NCBI GenBank assembly: GCA_030390025.1
Contig: JASTWF010000348.1
Coordinates: 434,001-498,000, forward strand
Direction: 5' to 3'
Length of the DNA: 64,000 bases
Origin: Squalus acanthias
Taxonomy: Eukaryota
Below are positions 1 through 13,292 of the stretch, one piece after another (the first letter of the stretch is position 1; each line of letters begins with the position of its first letter). The notes beneath the pieces are model-generated. The model made no database searches. It was not told where the DNA came from and saw only the letters and a list, made by a program, of their open reading frames with translations. A program made the position numbers and the translations under genes.

Positions 1-3000
1 ATAACACTCTGTTTATATTATAGAACACACTGTGTGAGTGGGCTCACACTCTGTTTATATTATAGAACACACTGTGTGAGTGGGCTCACACTCTGTTTAT
101 ATTATAGAACACACTGTGTGAGTGGGTATAACACTCTGTTTATATTATAGAACACACTGTGTGAGTGGGCTCACACTCTGTTTATATTATAGAACACACT
201 GTGTGAGTGGGCTCACACTCTGTTTATATTATAGAACACACTGTGTGAGTGGGTATAACACTCTGTTTATATTATAGAACACACTGTGTGAGTGGGTATA
301 ACACTCTGTTTATATTATAGAACACACTGTGTGAGTGGGTATAACACTCTGTTTATATTATAGAACACACTGTGTGAGTGGGTATAACACTCTGTTTATA
401 TTATAGAACACACTGTGTGAGTGGGTATAACACTCTGTTTATATTATAGAACACACTGTGTGAGTGGGCTCACACTCTGTTTATATTATAGAACACACTG
501 TGTGAGTGGGCTCACACTCTGTTTATATTATAGAACACACTGTGTGAGTGGGCTCACACTCTGTTTATATTATAGAACACACTGTGTGAGTGGGCTAACA
601 CTCTGTTTATATTATAGAACACACTGTGTGAGTGGGCTCACACTCTGTTTATATTATAGAACACACTGTGTGAGTGGGTATAACACTCTGTTTATATTAT
701 AGAACACACTGTGTGAGTGGGCTCACACTCTGTTTATATTATAGAACACACTGTGTGAGTGGGCTCACACTCTGTTTATATTATAGAACACACTGTGTGA
801 GTGGGTATAACACTCTGTTTATATTATAGAACACACTGTGTGAGTGGGTATAACACTCTGTTTATATTATAGAACACACTGTGTGAGTGGGTATAACACT
901 CTGTTTATATTATAGAACACACTGTGTGAGTGGGTATAACACTCTGTTTATATTATAGAACACACTGTGTGAGTGGGTATAACACTCTGTTTATATTATA
1001 GAACACACTGTGTGAGTGGGTATAACACTCTGTTTATATTATAGAACACACTGTGTGAGTGGGCTCACACTCTGTTTATATTATAGAACACACTGTGTGA
1101 GTGGGTATAACACTCTGTTTATATTATAGAACACACTGTGTGAGTGGGTATAACACTCTGTTTATATTATAGAACACACTGTGTGAGTGGGTATAACACT
1201 CTGTTTATATTATAGAACACACTGTGTGAGTGGGTATAACACTCTGTTTATATTATAGAACACACTGTGTGAGTGGGCTCACACTCTGTTTATATTATAG
1301 AACACACTGTGTGAGTGGGTATAACACTCTGTTTATATTATAGAACACACTGTGTGAGTGGGCTCACACTCTGTTTATATTATAGAACACACTGTGTGAG
1401 TGGGCTCACACTCTGTTTATATTATAGAACACACTGTGTGAGTGGGTATAACACTCTGTTTATATTATAGAACACACTGTGTGAGTGGGTATAACACTCT
1501 GTTTATATTATAGAACACACTGTGTGAGTGGGTATAACACTCTGTTTATATTATAGAACACACTGTGTGAGTGGGCTCACACTCTGTTTATATTATAGAA
1601 CACACTGTGTGAGTGGGCTCACACTCTGTTTATATTATAGAACACACTGTGTGAGTGGGTATAACACTCTGTTTATATTATAGAACACACTGTGTGAGTG
1701 GGCTCACACTCTGTTTATATTATAGAACACACTGTGTGAGTGGGTATAACACTCTGTTTATATTATAGAACACACTGTGTGAGTGGGCTCACACTCTGTT
1801 TATATTATAGAACACACTGTGTGAGTGGGTATAACACTCTGTTTATATTATAGAACACACTGTGTGAGTGGGCTCACACTCTGTTTATATTATAGAACAC
1901 ACTGTGTGAGTGGGTATAACACTCTGTTTATATTATAGAACACACTGTGTGAGTGGGCTCACACTCTGTTTATATTATAGAACACACTGTGTGAGTGGGT
2001 ATAACACTCTGTTTATATTATAGAACACACTGTGTGAGTGGGCTCACACTCTGTTTATATTATAGAACACACTGTGTGAGTGGGTATAACACTCTGTTTA
2101 TATTATAGAACACACTGTGTGAGTGGGCTCACACTCTGTTTATATTATAGAACACACTGTGTGAGTGGGTATAACACTCTGTTTATATTATAGAACACAC
2201 TGTGTGAGTGGGCTCACACTCTGTTTATATTATAGAACACACTGTGTGAGTGGGCTCACACTCTGTTTATATTATAGAACACACTGTGTGAGTGGGTATA
2301 ACACTCTGTTTATATTATAGAACACACTGTGTGAGTGGGCTCACACTCTGTTTATATTATAGAACACACTGTGTGAGTGGGTATAACACTCTGTTTATAT
2401 TATAGAACACACTGTGTGAGTGGGCTCACACTCTGTTTATATTATAGAACACACTGTGTGAGTGGGTATAACACTCTGTTTATATTATAGAACACACTGT
2501 GTGAGTGGGCTCACACTCTGTTTATATTATAGAACACACTGTGTGAGTGGGCTCACACTCTGTTTATATTATAGAACACACTGTGTGAGTGGGTATAACA
2601 CTCTGTTTATATTATAGAACACACTGTGTGAGTGGGCTCACACTCTGTTTATATTATAGAACACACTGTGTGAGTGGGTATAACACTCTGTTTATATTAT
2701 AGAACACACTGTGAGTGGGCTCACACTCTGTTTATATTATAGAACACACTGTGTGAGTGGGTATAACACTCTGTTTATATTATAGAACACACTGTGTGAG
2801 TGGGTATAACACTCTGTTTATATTATAGAACACACTGTGTGAGTGGGTATAACACTCTGTTTATATTATAGAACACACTGTGTGAGTGGGTATAACACTC
2901 TGTTTATATTATAGAACACACTGTGTGAGTGGGCTCACACTCTGTTTATATTATAGAACACACTGTGTGAGTGGGTATAACACTCTGTTTATATTATAGA

Positions 3001-6000
3001 ACACACTGTGTGAGTGGGCTCACACTCTGTTTATATTATAGAACACACTGTGTGAGTGGGCTCACACTCTGTTTATATTATAGAACACACTGTGTGAGTG
3101 GGCTCACACTCTGTTTATATTATAGAACACACTGTGTGAGTGGGTATAACACTCTGTTTATATTATAGAACACACTGTGTGAGTGGGTATAACACTCTGT
3201 TTATATTATAGAACACACTGTGTGAGTGGGCTCACACTCTGTTTATATTATAGAACACACTGTGTGAGTGGGTATAACACTCTGTTTATATTATAGAACA
3301 CACTGTGTGAGTGGGCTCACACTCTGTTTATATTATAGAACACACTGTGTGAGTGGGTATAACACTCTGTTTATATTATAGAACACACTGTGTGAGTGGG
3401 TATAACACTCTGTTTATATTATAGAACACACTGTGTGAGTGGGCTCACACTCTGTTTATATTATAGAACACACTGTGTGAGTGGGCTCACACTCTGTTTA
3501 TATTATAGAACACACTGTGTGAGTGGGTATAACACTCTGTTTATATTATAGAACACACTGTGTGAGTGGGTATAACACTCTGTTTATATTATAGAACACA
3601 CTGTGTGAGTGGGTATAACACTCTGTTTATATTATAGAACACACTGTGTGAGTGGGCTCACACTCTGTTTATATTATAGAACACACTGTGTGAGTGGGCT
3701 CACACTCTGTTTATATTATAGAACACACTGTGTGAGTGGGCTCACACTCTGTTTATATTATAGAACACACTGTGTGAGTGGGTATAACACTCTGTTTATA
3801 TTATAGAACACACTGTGTGAGTGGGCTCACACTCTGTTTATATTATAGAACACACTGTGTGAGTGGGTATAACACTCTGTTTATATTATAGAACACACTG
3901 TGTGAGTGGGTATAACACTCTGTTTATATTATAGAACACACTGTGTGAGTGGGTATAACACTCTGTTTATATTATAGAACACACTGTGTGAGTGGGTATA
4001 ACACTCTGTTTATATTATAGAACACACTGTGTGAGTGGGTATAACACTCTGTTTATATTATAGAACACACTGTGTGAGTGGGCTCACACTCTGTTTATAT
4101 TATAGAACACACTGTGTGAGTGGGCTCACACTCTGTTTATATTATAGAACACACTGTGTGAGTGGGCTCACACTCTGTTTATATTATAGAACACACTGTG
4201 TGAGTGGGTATAACACTCTGTTTATATTATAGAACACACTGTGTGAGTGGGTATAACACTCTGTTTATATTATAGAACACACTGTGTGAGTGGGCTCACA
4301 CTCTGTTTATATTATAGAACACACTGTGTGAGTGGGCTCACACTCTGTTTATATTATAGAACACACTGTGTGAGTGGGCTCACACTCTGTTTATATTATA
4401 GAACACACTGTGTGAGTGGGTATAACACTCTGTTTATATTATAGAACACACTGTGTGAGTGGGCTCACACTCTGTTTATATTATAGAACACACTGTGTGA
4501 GTGGGTATAACACTCTGTTTATATTATAGAACACACTGTGTGAGTGGGCTCACACTCTGTTTATATTATAGAACACACTGTGTGAGTGGGTATAACACTC
4601 TGTTTATATTATAGAACACACTGTGTGAGTGGGCTCACACTCTGTTTATATTATAGAACACACTGTGTGAGTGGGTATAACACTCTGTTTATATTATAGA
4701 ACACACTGTGTGAGTGGGCTCACACTCTGTTTATATTATAGAACACACTGTGTGAGTGGGTATAACACTCTGTTTATATTATAGAACACACTGTGTGAGT
4801 GGGTATAACACTCTGTTTATATTATAGAACACACTGTGTGAGTGGGTATAACACTCTGTTTATATTATAGAACACACTGTGTGAGTGGGTATAACACTCT
4901 GTTTATATTATAGAACACACTGTGTGAGTGGGCTCACACTCTGTTTATATTATAGAACACACTGTGTGAGTGGGTATAACACTCTGTTTATATTATAGAA
5001 CACACTGTGTGAGTGGGTATAACACTCTGTTTATATTATAGAACACACTGTGTGAGTGGGCTCACACTCTGTTTATATTATAGAACACACTGTGTGAGTG
5101 GGTATAACACTCTGTTTATATTATAGAACACACTGTGTGAGTGGGCTCACACTCTGTTTATATTATAGAACACACTGTGTGAGTGGGCTCACACTCTGTT
5201 TATATTATAGAACACACTGTGTGAGTGGGCTCACACTCTGTTTATATTATAGAACACACTGTGTGAGTGGGTATAACACTCTGTTTATATTATAGAACAC
5301 ACTGTGTGAGTGGGTATAACACTCTGTTTATATTATAGAACACACTGTGTGAGTGGGCTCACACTCTGTTTATATTATAGAACACACTGTGTGAGTGGGT
5401 ATAACACTCTGTTTATATTATAGAACACACTGTGTGAGTGGGCTCACACTCTGTTTATATTATAGAACACACTGTGTGAGTGGGCTCACACTCTGTTTAT
5501 ATTATAGAACACACTGTGTGAGTGGGTATAACACTCTGTTTATATTATAGAACACACTGTGTGAGTGGGTATAACACTCTGTTTATATTATAGAACACAC
5601 TGTGTGAGTGGGTATAACACTCTGTTTATATTATAGAACACACTGTGTGAGTGGGTATAACACTCTGTTTATATTATAGAACACACTGTGTGAGTGGGTA
5701 TAACACTCTGTTTATATTATAGAACACACTGTGTGAGTGGGTATAACACTCTGTTTATATTATAGAACACACTGTGTGAGTGGGTATAACACTCTGTTTA
5801 TATTATAGAACACACTGTGTGAGTGGGCTCACACTCTGTTTATATTATAGAACACACTGTGTGAGTGGGTATAACACTCTGTTTATATTATAGAACACAC
5901 TGTGTGAGTGGGTATAACACTCTGTTTATATTATAGAACACACTGTGTGAGTGGGTATAACACTCTGTTTATATTATAGAACACACTGTGTGAGTGGGTA

Positions 6001-9000
6001 TAACACTCTGTTTATATTATAGAACACACTGTGTGAGTGGGTATAACACTCTGTTTATATTATAGAACACACTGTGTGAGTGGGCTCACACTCTGTTTAT
6101 ATTATAGAACACACTGTGTGAGTGGGTATAACACTCTGTTTATATTATAGAACACACTGTGTGAGTGGGTATAACACTCTGTTTATATTATAGAACACAC
6201 TGTGTGAGTGGGTATAACACTCTGTTTATATTATAGAACACACTGTGTGAGTGGGTATAACACTCTGTTTATATTATAGAACACACTGTGTGAGTGGGTA
6301 TAACACTCTGTTTATATTATAGAACACACTGTGTGAGTGGGCTCACACTCTGTTTATATTATAGAACACACTGTGTGAGTGGGTATAACACTCTGTTTAT
6401 ATTATAGAACACACTGTGTGAGTGGGCTCACACTCTGTTTATATTATAGAACACACTGTGTGAGTGGGTATAACACTCTGTTTATATTATAGAACACACT
6501 GTGTGAGTGGGCTCACACTCTGTTTATATTATAGAACACACTGTGTGAGTGGGTATAACACTCTGTTTATATTATAGAACACACTGTGTGAGTGGGCTCA
6601 CACTCTGTTTATATTATAGAACACACTGTGTGAGTGGGTATAACACTCTGTTTATATTATAGAACACACTGTGTGAGTGGGTATAACACTCTGTTTATAT
6701 TATAGAACACACTGTGTGAGTGGGTATAACACTCTGTTTATATTATAGAACACACTGTGTGAGTGGGCTCACACTCTGTTTATATTATAGAACACACTGT
6801 GTGAGTGGGTATAACACTCTGTTTATATTATAGAACACACTGTGTGAGTGGGTATAACACTCTGTTTATATTATAGAACACACTGTGTGAGTGGGTATAA
6901 CACTCTGTTTATATTATAGAACACACTGTGTGAGTGGGTATAACACTCTGTTTATATTATAGAACACACTGTGTGAGTGGGTATAACACTCTGTTTATAT
7001 TATAGAACACACTGTGTGAGTGGGCTCACACTCTGTTTATATTATAGAACACACTGTGTGAGTGGGCTCACACTCTGTTTATATTATAGAACACACTGTG
7101 TGAGTGGGTATAACACTCTGTTTATATTATAGAACACACTGTGTGAGTGGGCTCACACTCTGTTTATATTATAGAACACACTGTGTGAGTGGGTATAACA
7201 CTCTGTTTATATTATAGAACACACTGTGTGAGTGGGCTCACACTCTGTTTATATTATAGAACACACTGTGTGAGTGGGTATAACACTCTGTTTATATTAT
7301 AGAACACACTGTGTGAGTGGGCTCACACTCTGTTTATATTATAGAACACACTGTGTGAGTGGGTATAACACTCTGTTTATATTATAGAACACACTGTGTG
7401 AGTGGGCTCACACTCTGTTTATATTATAGAACACACTGTGTGAGTGGGTATAACACTCTGTTTATATTATAGAACACACTGTGTGAGTGGGTATAACACT
7501 CTGTTTATATTATAGAACACACTGTGTGAGTGGGTATAACACTCTGTTTATATTATAGAACACACTGTGTGAGTGGGTATAACACTCTGTTTATATTATA
7601 GAACACACTGTGTGAGTGGGCTCACACTCTGTTTATATTATAGAACACACTGTGTGAGTGGGTATAACACTCTGTTTATATTATAGAACACACTGTGTGA
7701 GTGGGTATAACACTCTGTTTATATTATAGAACACACTGTGTGAGTGGGTATAACACTCTGTTTATATTATAGAACACACTGTGTGAGTGGGTATAACACT
7801 CTGTTTATATTATAGAACACACTGTGTGAGTGGGCTCACACTCTGTTTATATTATAGAACACACTGTGTGAGTGGGCTCACACTCTGTTTATATTATAGA
7901 ACACACTGTGTGAGTGGGTATAACACTCTGTTTATATTATAGAACACACTGTGTGAGTGGGTATAACACTCTGTTTATATTATAGAACACACTGTGTGAG
8001 TGGGCTCACACTCTGTTTATATTATAGAACACACTGTGTGAGTGGGTATAACACTCTGTTTATATTATAGAACACACTGTGTGAGTGGGCTCACACTCTG
8101 TTTATATTATAGAACACACTGTGTGAGTGGGTATAACACTCTGTTTATATTATAGAACACACTGTGTGAGTGGGCTCACACTCTGTTTATATTATAGAAC
8201 ACACTGTGTGAGTGGGTATAACACTCTGTTTATATTATAGAACACACTGTGTGAGTGGGTATAACACTCTGTTTATATTATAGAACACACTGTGTGAGTG
8301 GGCTCACACTCTGTTTATATTATAGAACACACTGTGTGAGTGGGTATAACACTCTGTTTATATTATAGAACACACTGTGTGAGTGGGTATAACACTCTGT
8401 TTATATTATAGAACACACTGTGTGAGTGGGCTCACACTCTGTTTATATTATAGAACACACTGTGTGAGTGGGTATAACACTCTGTTTATATTATAGAACA
8501 CACTGTGTGAGTGGGCTCACACTCTGTTTATATTATAGAACACACTGTGTGAGTGGGCTCACACTCTGTTTATATTATAGAACACACTGTGTGAGTGGGT
8601 ATAACACTCTGTTTATATTATAGAACACACTGTGTGAGTGGGCTCACACTCTGTTTATATTATAGAACACACTGTGTGAGTGGGCTCACACTCTGTTTAT
8701 ATTATAGAACACACTGTGTGAGTGGGTATAACACTCTGTTTATATTATAGAACACACTGTGTGAGTGGGTATAACACTCTGTTTATATTATAGAACACAC
8801 TGTGTGAGTGGGTATAACACTCTGTTTATATTATAGAACACACTGTGTGAGTGGGCTCACACTCTGTTTATATTATAGAACACACTGTGTGAGTGGGCTC
8901 ACACTCTGTTTATATTATAGAACACACTGTGTGAGTGGGTATAACACTCTGTTTATATTATAGAACACACTGTGTGAGTGGGTATAACACTCTGTTTATA

Positions 9001-9380
9001 TTATAGAACACACTGTGTGAGTGGGCTCACACTCTGTTTATATTATAGAACACACTGTGTGAGTGGGTATAACACTCTGTTTATATTATAGAACACACTG
9101 TGTGAGTGGGTATAACACTCTGTTTATATTATAGAACACACTGTGTGAGTGGGTATAACACTCTGTTTATATTATAGAACACACTGTGTGAGTGGGTATA
9201 ACACTCTGTTTATATTATAGAACACACTGTGTGAGTGGGTATAACACTCTGTTTATATTATAGAACACACTGTGTGAGTGGGCTCACACTCTGTTTATAT
9301 TATAGAACACACTGTGTGAGTGGGTATAACACTCTGTTTATATTATAGAACACACTGTGTGAGTGGGTATAACACTCTGT
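1..9380. repeat. Highly homogeneous 42/43-bp tandem satellite (~220 copies in window, continues left of window)
   Basis: Two interspersed monomers: A (43 bp) GTGAGTGGGTATAACACTCTGTTTATATTATAGAACACACTGT and B (42 bp) GTGAGTGGGCTCACACTCTGTTTATATTATAGAACACACTGT. Only two other deviations noticed (591-600 GGGCTAACA; a GT deletion near 2711). Confidence 0.98.
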
Positions 9381-9644
9381 TTATATATTATATAATAACA
9401 CACCGTGTGTGACCGGGTATAACACTCCTGTATATATATTATATAATAACACACTGTGTGTTACTGGGTATAACACTCCTGTATATATATTATATAATAA
9501 CACACCGTGTGTGACCGGGTATAACACTCCTGTATATATATTATATAATAACACACTGTGTTTTACTGGGTGTAACACTCCTGTATATATATTATATAAT
9601 AACACACTGTGTGTTGCTGGGTATAACACTTTTCTATATATATT
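9381..9644. repeat. Degenerate ~50-bp relatives of the 42/43-bp satellite (left of MITE insertion)
   Basis: Units such as GGGTATAACACTCCTGTATATATATTATATAATAACACACCGTGTGTGACC; they share GGGTATAACACT and AACACACTGTGTG with the main array. Confidence 0.9.
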
Positions 9645-9966
9645 GGTCCAGAAATTATACAGTGAGGGTTCCCGCGGGGGTAAGGATTCCCCGCGATATC
9701 GCACTCCGCGCCTACCTTTTTGCTCTGGGCCCACACGAACTTTAGTTTGAAAGGCTTTGTCTCTTGGAACCGTGCAGTGCTTGCATGACCCAGAGACGCA
9801 ATTAGTTCGTGCAAGCTCTGGGATCACGTGATTCAGTTAGAGCCAATGGCAGCACACCATCTTTCATTCATAGTTTTGACAGGAAGACCTGTCAAAGCTA
9901 TGAATACTACAAACCCCCAAAAGAACAGCTAAACCTCAATTAAATTTAAAAAAAAGCCATCACATT

Positions 9967-12534
9967 AAGATTCCGAAAGGACTACAGATCACGAACCCAC
10001 TCAAGTCGACATACAACACAGACTACGCTGAGAGACTTTGCCGTCGTACCTCTCGCACACTCCTCAACCATCTCGTACACCAGCTCTACAGCAGACGTCG
10101 CAACCTCGAAACCAAGATAGAGTCCATGCTCTCAGCCTGTGCTCAGGACACAGCAGACCAGCTACGAGACACCGCCAAACAGACGAGGCAACGGAACTAC
10201 GCTGCCTACATGCGCATCAAGAACAGGAAGCTTGAGAAACTCGGCGTAACCACCAGCTGCAACCAAGCCTCCCCCGGTACCACGGTTGCAACCACAGGGA
10301 AGTCCATCGTCAACCTGTCGGACCACACCCTTCAACCAGACGAAATCGAAGTTCTCGCCCTAGGGCTGAAGTTCTGCCCCACCACCAAAATGGACCCCAT
10401 CGGTCTCGCGGCGGACACAGAGGAATTCATCAGGAGAATGAGGATCCGGGAATACTACCACAAATCCCAAGATGTCAGCAACATTCCTAATGAGACAATC
10501 AATGATCCGGAACAGCAGACAGAGGGAACCGCAGTGCTACAACCGAGGAAGAAAGAGTCAAATTGGACCCCTCCGGAGGGTCGCTGCCCTAAGCTTGACA
10601 TGTATGCTCAAGCTGTCAGGAAATACATCAACGCCAGATTCATCAGCCGTACTCACAAGACAGTCCAGAATGTCACCCGAGCACAACGCAACGCCATCCA
10701 CGCTCTCAAGACCAACCGCAACATCGTCATCAAACCAGCGGACAAAGGAGGAGCCATCGTCATACAGAACAGAATGGACTATTGCAAAGAAGCATACCGA
10801 CAACTGGACAACCAGGAATACTACAGACAGCTACCCGCAGATCCGACCAAAGAACACACCCGCCAACTCAATAGACTGATCAAGACCTTCGATCCAGACC
10901 TTCAAAACATCCTACGCGCTCTCATCCCACGTACTCCCCGCGTAGGAGACTTTTACTGCCTCCCAAAGATACACAAAGCCAACACACCCGGACGTCCTAT
11001 CGTATCAGGCAACGGAACCCTGTGTGAGAACCTCTCTGGGTACGTCGAGGGCATCCTGAAACCCATCGTACAGGGAACCCCCAGCTTCTGTCGCGACACT
11101 ACAGACTTCTTGCAGAAACTCAGCACCCATGGACCAGTTGAACCAGGAACACTCCTCGTCACGATGGACGTATCGGCACTCTACACCAATATCCCCCACA
11201 ATGACGGCATCGCTGCGACAGCCTCAGTACTCAACACCAACAACAGCCAATCTCCGGACGCCATCCTATAACTCATCCGCTTCATCCTTGACCACAATGT
11301 CTTCACCTTCGACAACCATTTTTTAACCCAAACACACGGAACAGCCATGGGGACCAAATTCGCACCCCAATACGCCAACATCTTCATGCACAAGTTCGAG
11401 CAAGACTTCTTCGCTGCACAGGACCTCCAACCAACGCTGTACACCAGATACATCGACGACATCTTCTTCCTTTGGACCCACGGCGAAGGATCACTGAAAG
11501 GACTACACGATAGCATCAACAGGTTCCATCCCACCATCAAACTCACCATGGACTACTCCTCAGAATCGGTTTCATTCTTGGACACACGAATCTCCATCAA
11601 AGACGGACGCCTCAGCACTTCACTCTACCGCAAGCCCACGGACAACCTCACGATGCTCCACTTCTCCAGCTTCCACCCTAACCACGTTAAAGAAGCCATC
11701 CCCTATGGACAAGCCCTGCGAATACACAGGATCTGCTCAGACGAGGAGGAACGCGATGGACACCTACGGACACTGAAAGACGCCCTCGTAAGAACGGGAT
11801 ATGACGCTCGACTCGTCGATCGACAGTTCCGACGGGCCACAGCGAAAAACCGCATAGACCTCCTCAGAAGACGAACACGGGACACAACCAACAGAGTACC
11901 CTACGTCGTCCAGTACTTCCCCGGAGCGGAAAAACTACGCCATGTTCTTCGCAGCCTTCAACATGTCATCGATGACGACGAACACCTTGCTAAGGCCATC
12001 CCCACGCCTCCACTACTCGCCTTCAAGCAGCCGCCTAACCTCAAAAGTACCATCGTTCGCAGCAGATTACCCATCTTTCAGGAGAACAGCAACCACGACA
12101 CCACACAACCCTGCCACGGCAACCTCTGCAAGACATGCCAGATCATGGACACAGATACCATCATCACACGTGAGGACACTAGCCACCAGGTACATGGTAC
12201 ATACTCATGTGACTCGGCCAACGTTGTCTACCTGATACGTTGCAGTAAAGGATGCCCCAGAGCATGGTACATCGGCGAGACCATGCAGACACTGAGACAA
12301 CGTATGAACGGACACCGCGCAACAATCGCCAGGCAGGAGGGTTGCCTCCCAGTCGAGGAACACTTCAGCAGTCAGGGGCATTCAGCCTCGGATCTGCGGG
12401 TAAGCGTTCTCCAAGGCTGCCTTCGGGATACACGACAGCGCAAAATCATAGAGCAGAAACTGATAGCCAAGTTCCGCACTCATGAGGATGGCCTCAATCA
12501 CGATATCGGGTTCATGTCACGATACAGAACGTGA
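9967..12534 (+). pseudogene. Penelope-like polyprotein: reverse transcriptase + Cys-rich linker + GIY-YIG endonuclease; one in-frame TAA at 11269-11271
   Basis: ORFs 10126-11271 and 11347-12534 share a frame, which stays open upstream to 9967 (KIPKGLQ...). RT motifs: KPADKGG, LPKIHK, GRPIVS, MDVSALYTNI, GTAMG, RYIDDIF (11446-11466), FLD, LYRKPT. Linker CHGNLCKTC. Endonuclease NVVYLIRC...WYIGET...RMNGH (starting at 12220) and terminal GLN. Confidence 0.93.
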
Positions 12535-12848
12535 CTTGACATCATGGCCGGTCTTTCCAGCCTTTTTTAAAAAAAAACTAACACAAGAACCAAAGTCAAC
12601 TGCAGAGGATATGCAGCCAGCAGGTGTTTTGACACGTTGGACCCCCTGGGACACATCTCATTGTCTTGGCTGTGCTCTTAGTGTGTCTTTGATGTAGGGA
12701 AAGATTTGAATACATTTTTTCTGTGTTTATATTGTGAATTCTGGGAGATTCTCTCACAGCTACTCTACCTGAGGAAGGGGCGACAGCTGCGAAAGCTTGT
12801 AATTTTAAATAAATCTGTTGGACTATAACCTGGTGTTGTGCGACTTCT
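9969..12848 (+). mobile_element. 5'-truncated Penelope-like retroelement (GIY-YIG-bearing, probably Neptune-type)
   Basis: RT + GIY-YIG reading frame, 3' hammerhead-like motif and AATAAA; CATTAA direct repeat at both junctions (9963-9968 and 12849-12854). Confidence 0.92.
12766..12801 (+). ncRNA. Minimal type-I hammerhead ribozyme-like motif in the PLE 3' region (degenerate)
   Basis: TAC-CTGAGGA-AGGGGC-GACA-GCTGC-GAAAGCTT-GTA: CUGANGA and GAAA core boxes, imperfect stem II, palindromic AAGCTT in place of stem III, and a 3-bp stem I (TAC/GTA). Minimal hammerheads are known in Penelope-like elements. Confidence 0.65.
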
Positions 12849-13292
12849 CATTAATAAAATAAGTATAGTTAAATAAATTAACCACTTTAAACAAAAAATT
12901 AATTTTTGAAAAAATTTAAAATCTTTTTAAAAGTTATAAAAATAAACTTACCTTTCTTTAAAGTCTCTAAAAAAGATAAACCTGTTGAAAAAAATTTAAA
13001 ATAACACTTAATTAACTACTTACCTTGTTAAAAGGGTGTCCTACGCCTGCTTTCTTTATGTGTAAAATCTTCACTTACCTGCGCGTTCAAAGCTGAAAAA
13101 AAAACTAAGTGCACTGCGTGCGCACAACCTGTAGCGCGCACGCGGTTCACTTAGGAACCGTCCCCTTTTCAATTCACGAAGTGCCGGTTTCCCGCGCATG
13201 CGCAGTGCATGCAGGAAACCGGCAATTCGGGATCTAATACGCGAGAGTACACAGTGCGTACTCTCGCGTATTAGGTTTAATTTTCGGGCCAA

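Larger units (their letters stand above)
9645..13290. mobile_element. Non-autonomous TIR element (MITE, ~760 bp: 9645-9968 + 12855-13290), split by a Penelope-like insertion; possibly PIF/Harbinger-like
   Basis: Imperfect terminal inverted repeats (TT)GGTCCAGAAATTA at 9643 and TAATTTTCGGGCC(AA) ending 13290-13292. Inserted into a TA-rich tract of the satellite, which resumes at 13293. No coding capacity; internal hairpins at 9866-9905, 13182-13224 and 13234-13274. Exact TSD is ambiguous in the TA run. Confidence 0.7.

Noticed and set aside
421..5295. Repetitive ORFs (MGITLCLYYRTHCVSG...)
   Set aside because: Artefact of runs of the 42-bp monomer (a multiple of 3); GTG starts, no gene context.
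1..9380. CRISPR-like array, or V(D)J recombination signals (CACTGTG heptamer in every unit)
   Set aside because: No unique spacers or cas genes; no acceptable nonamer at 12- or 23-bp spacing and no V/D/J segments.
11269..11271. Programmed stop read-through in the PLE
   Set aside because: TAA within the RT core is most simply a C-to-T nonsense change; no supporting signal.
13234..13290. Helitron 3' end (subterminal hairpin)
   Set aside because: No CTRR terminus or 5' TC; the ends are mutually inverted repeats, favouring a TIR element.
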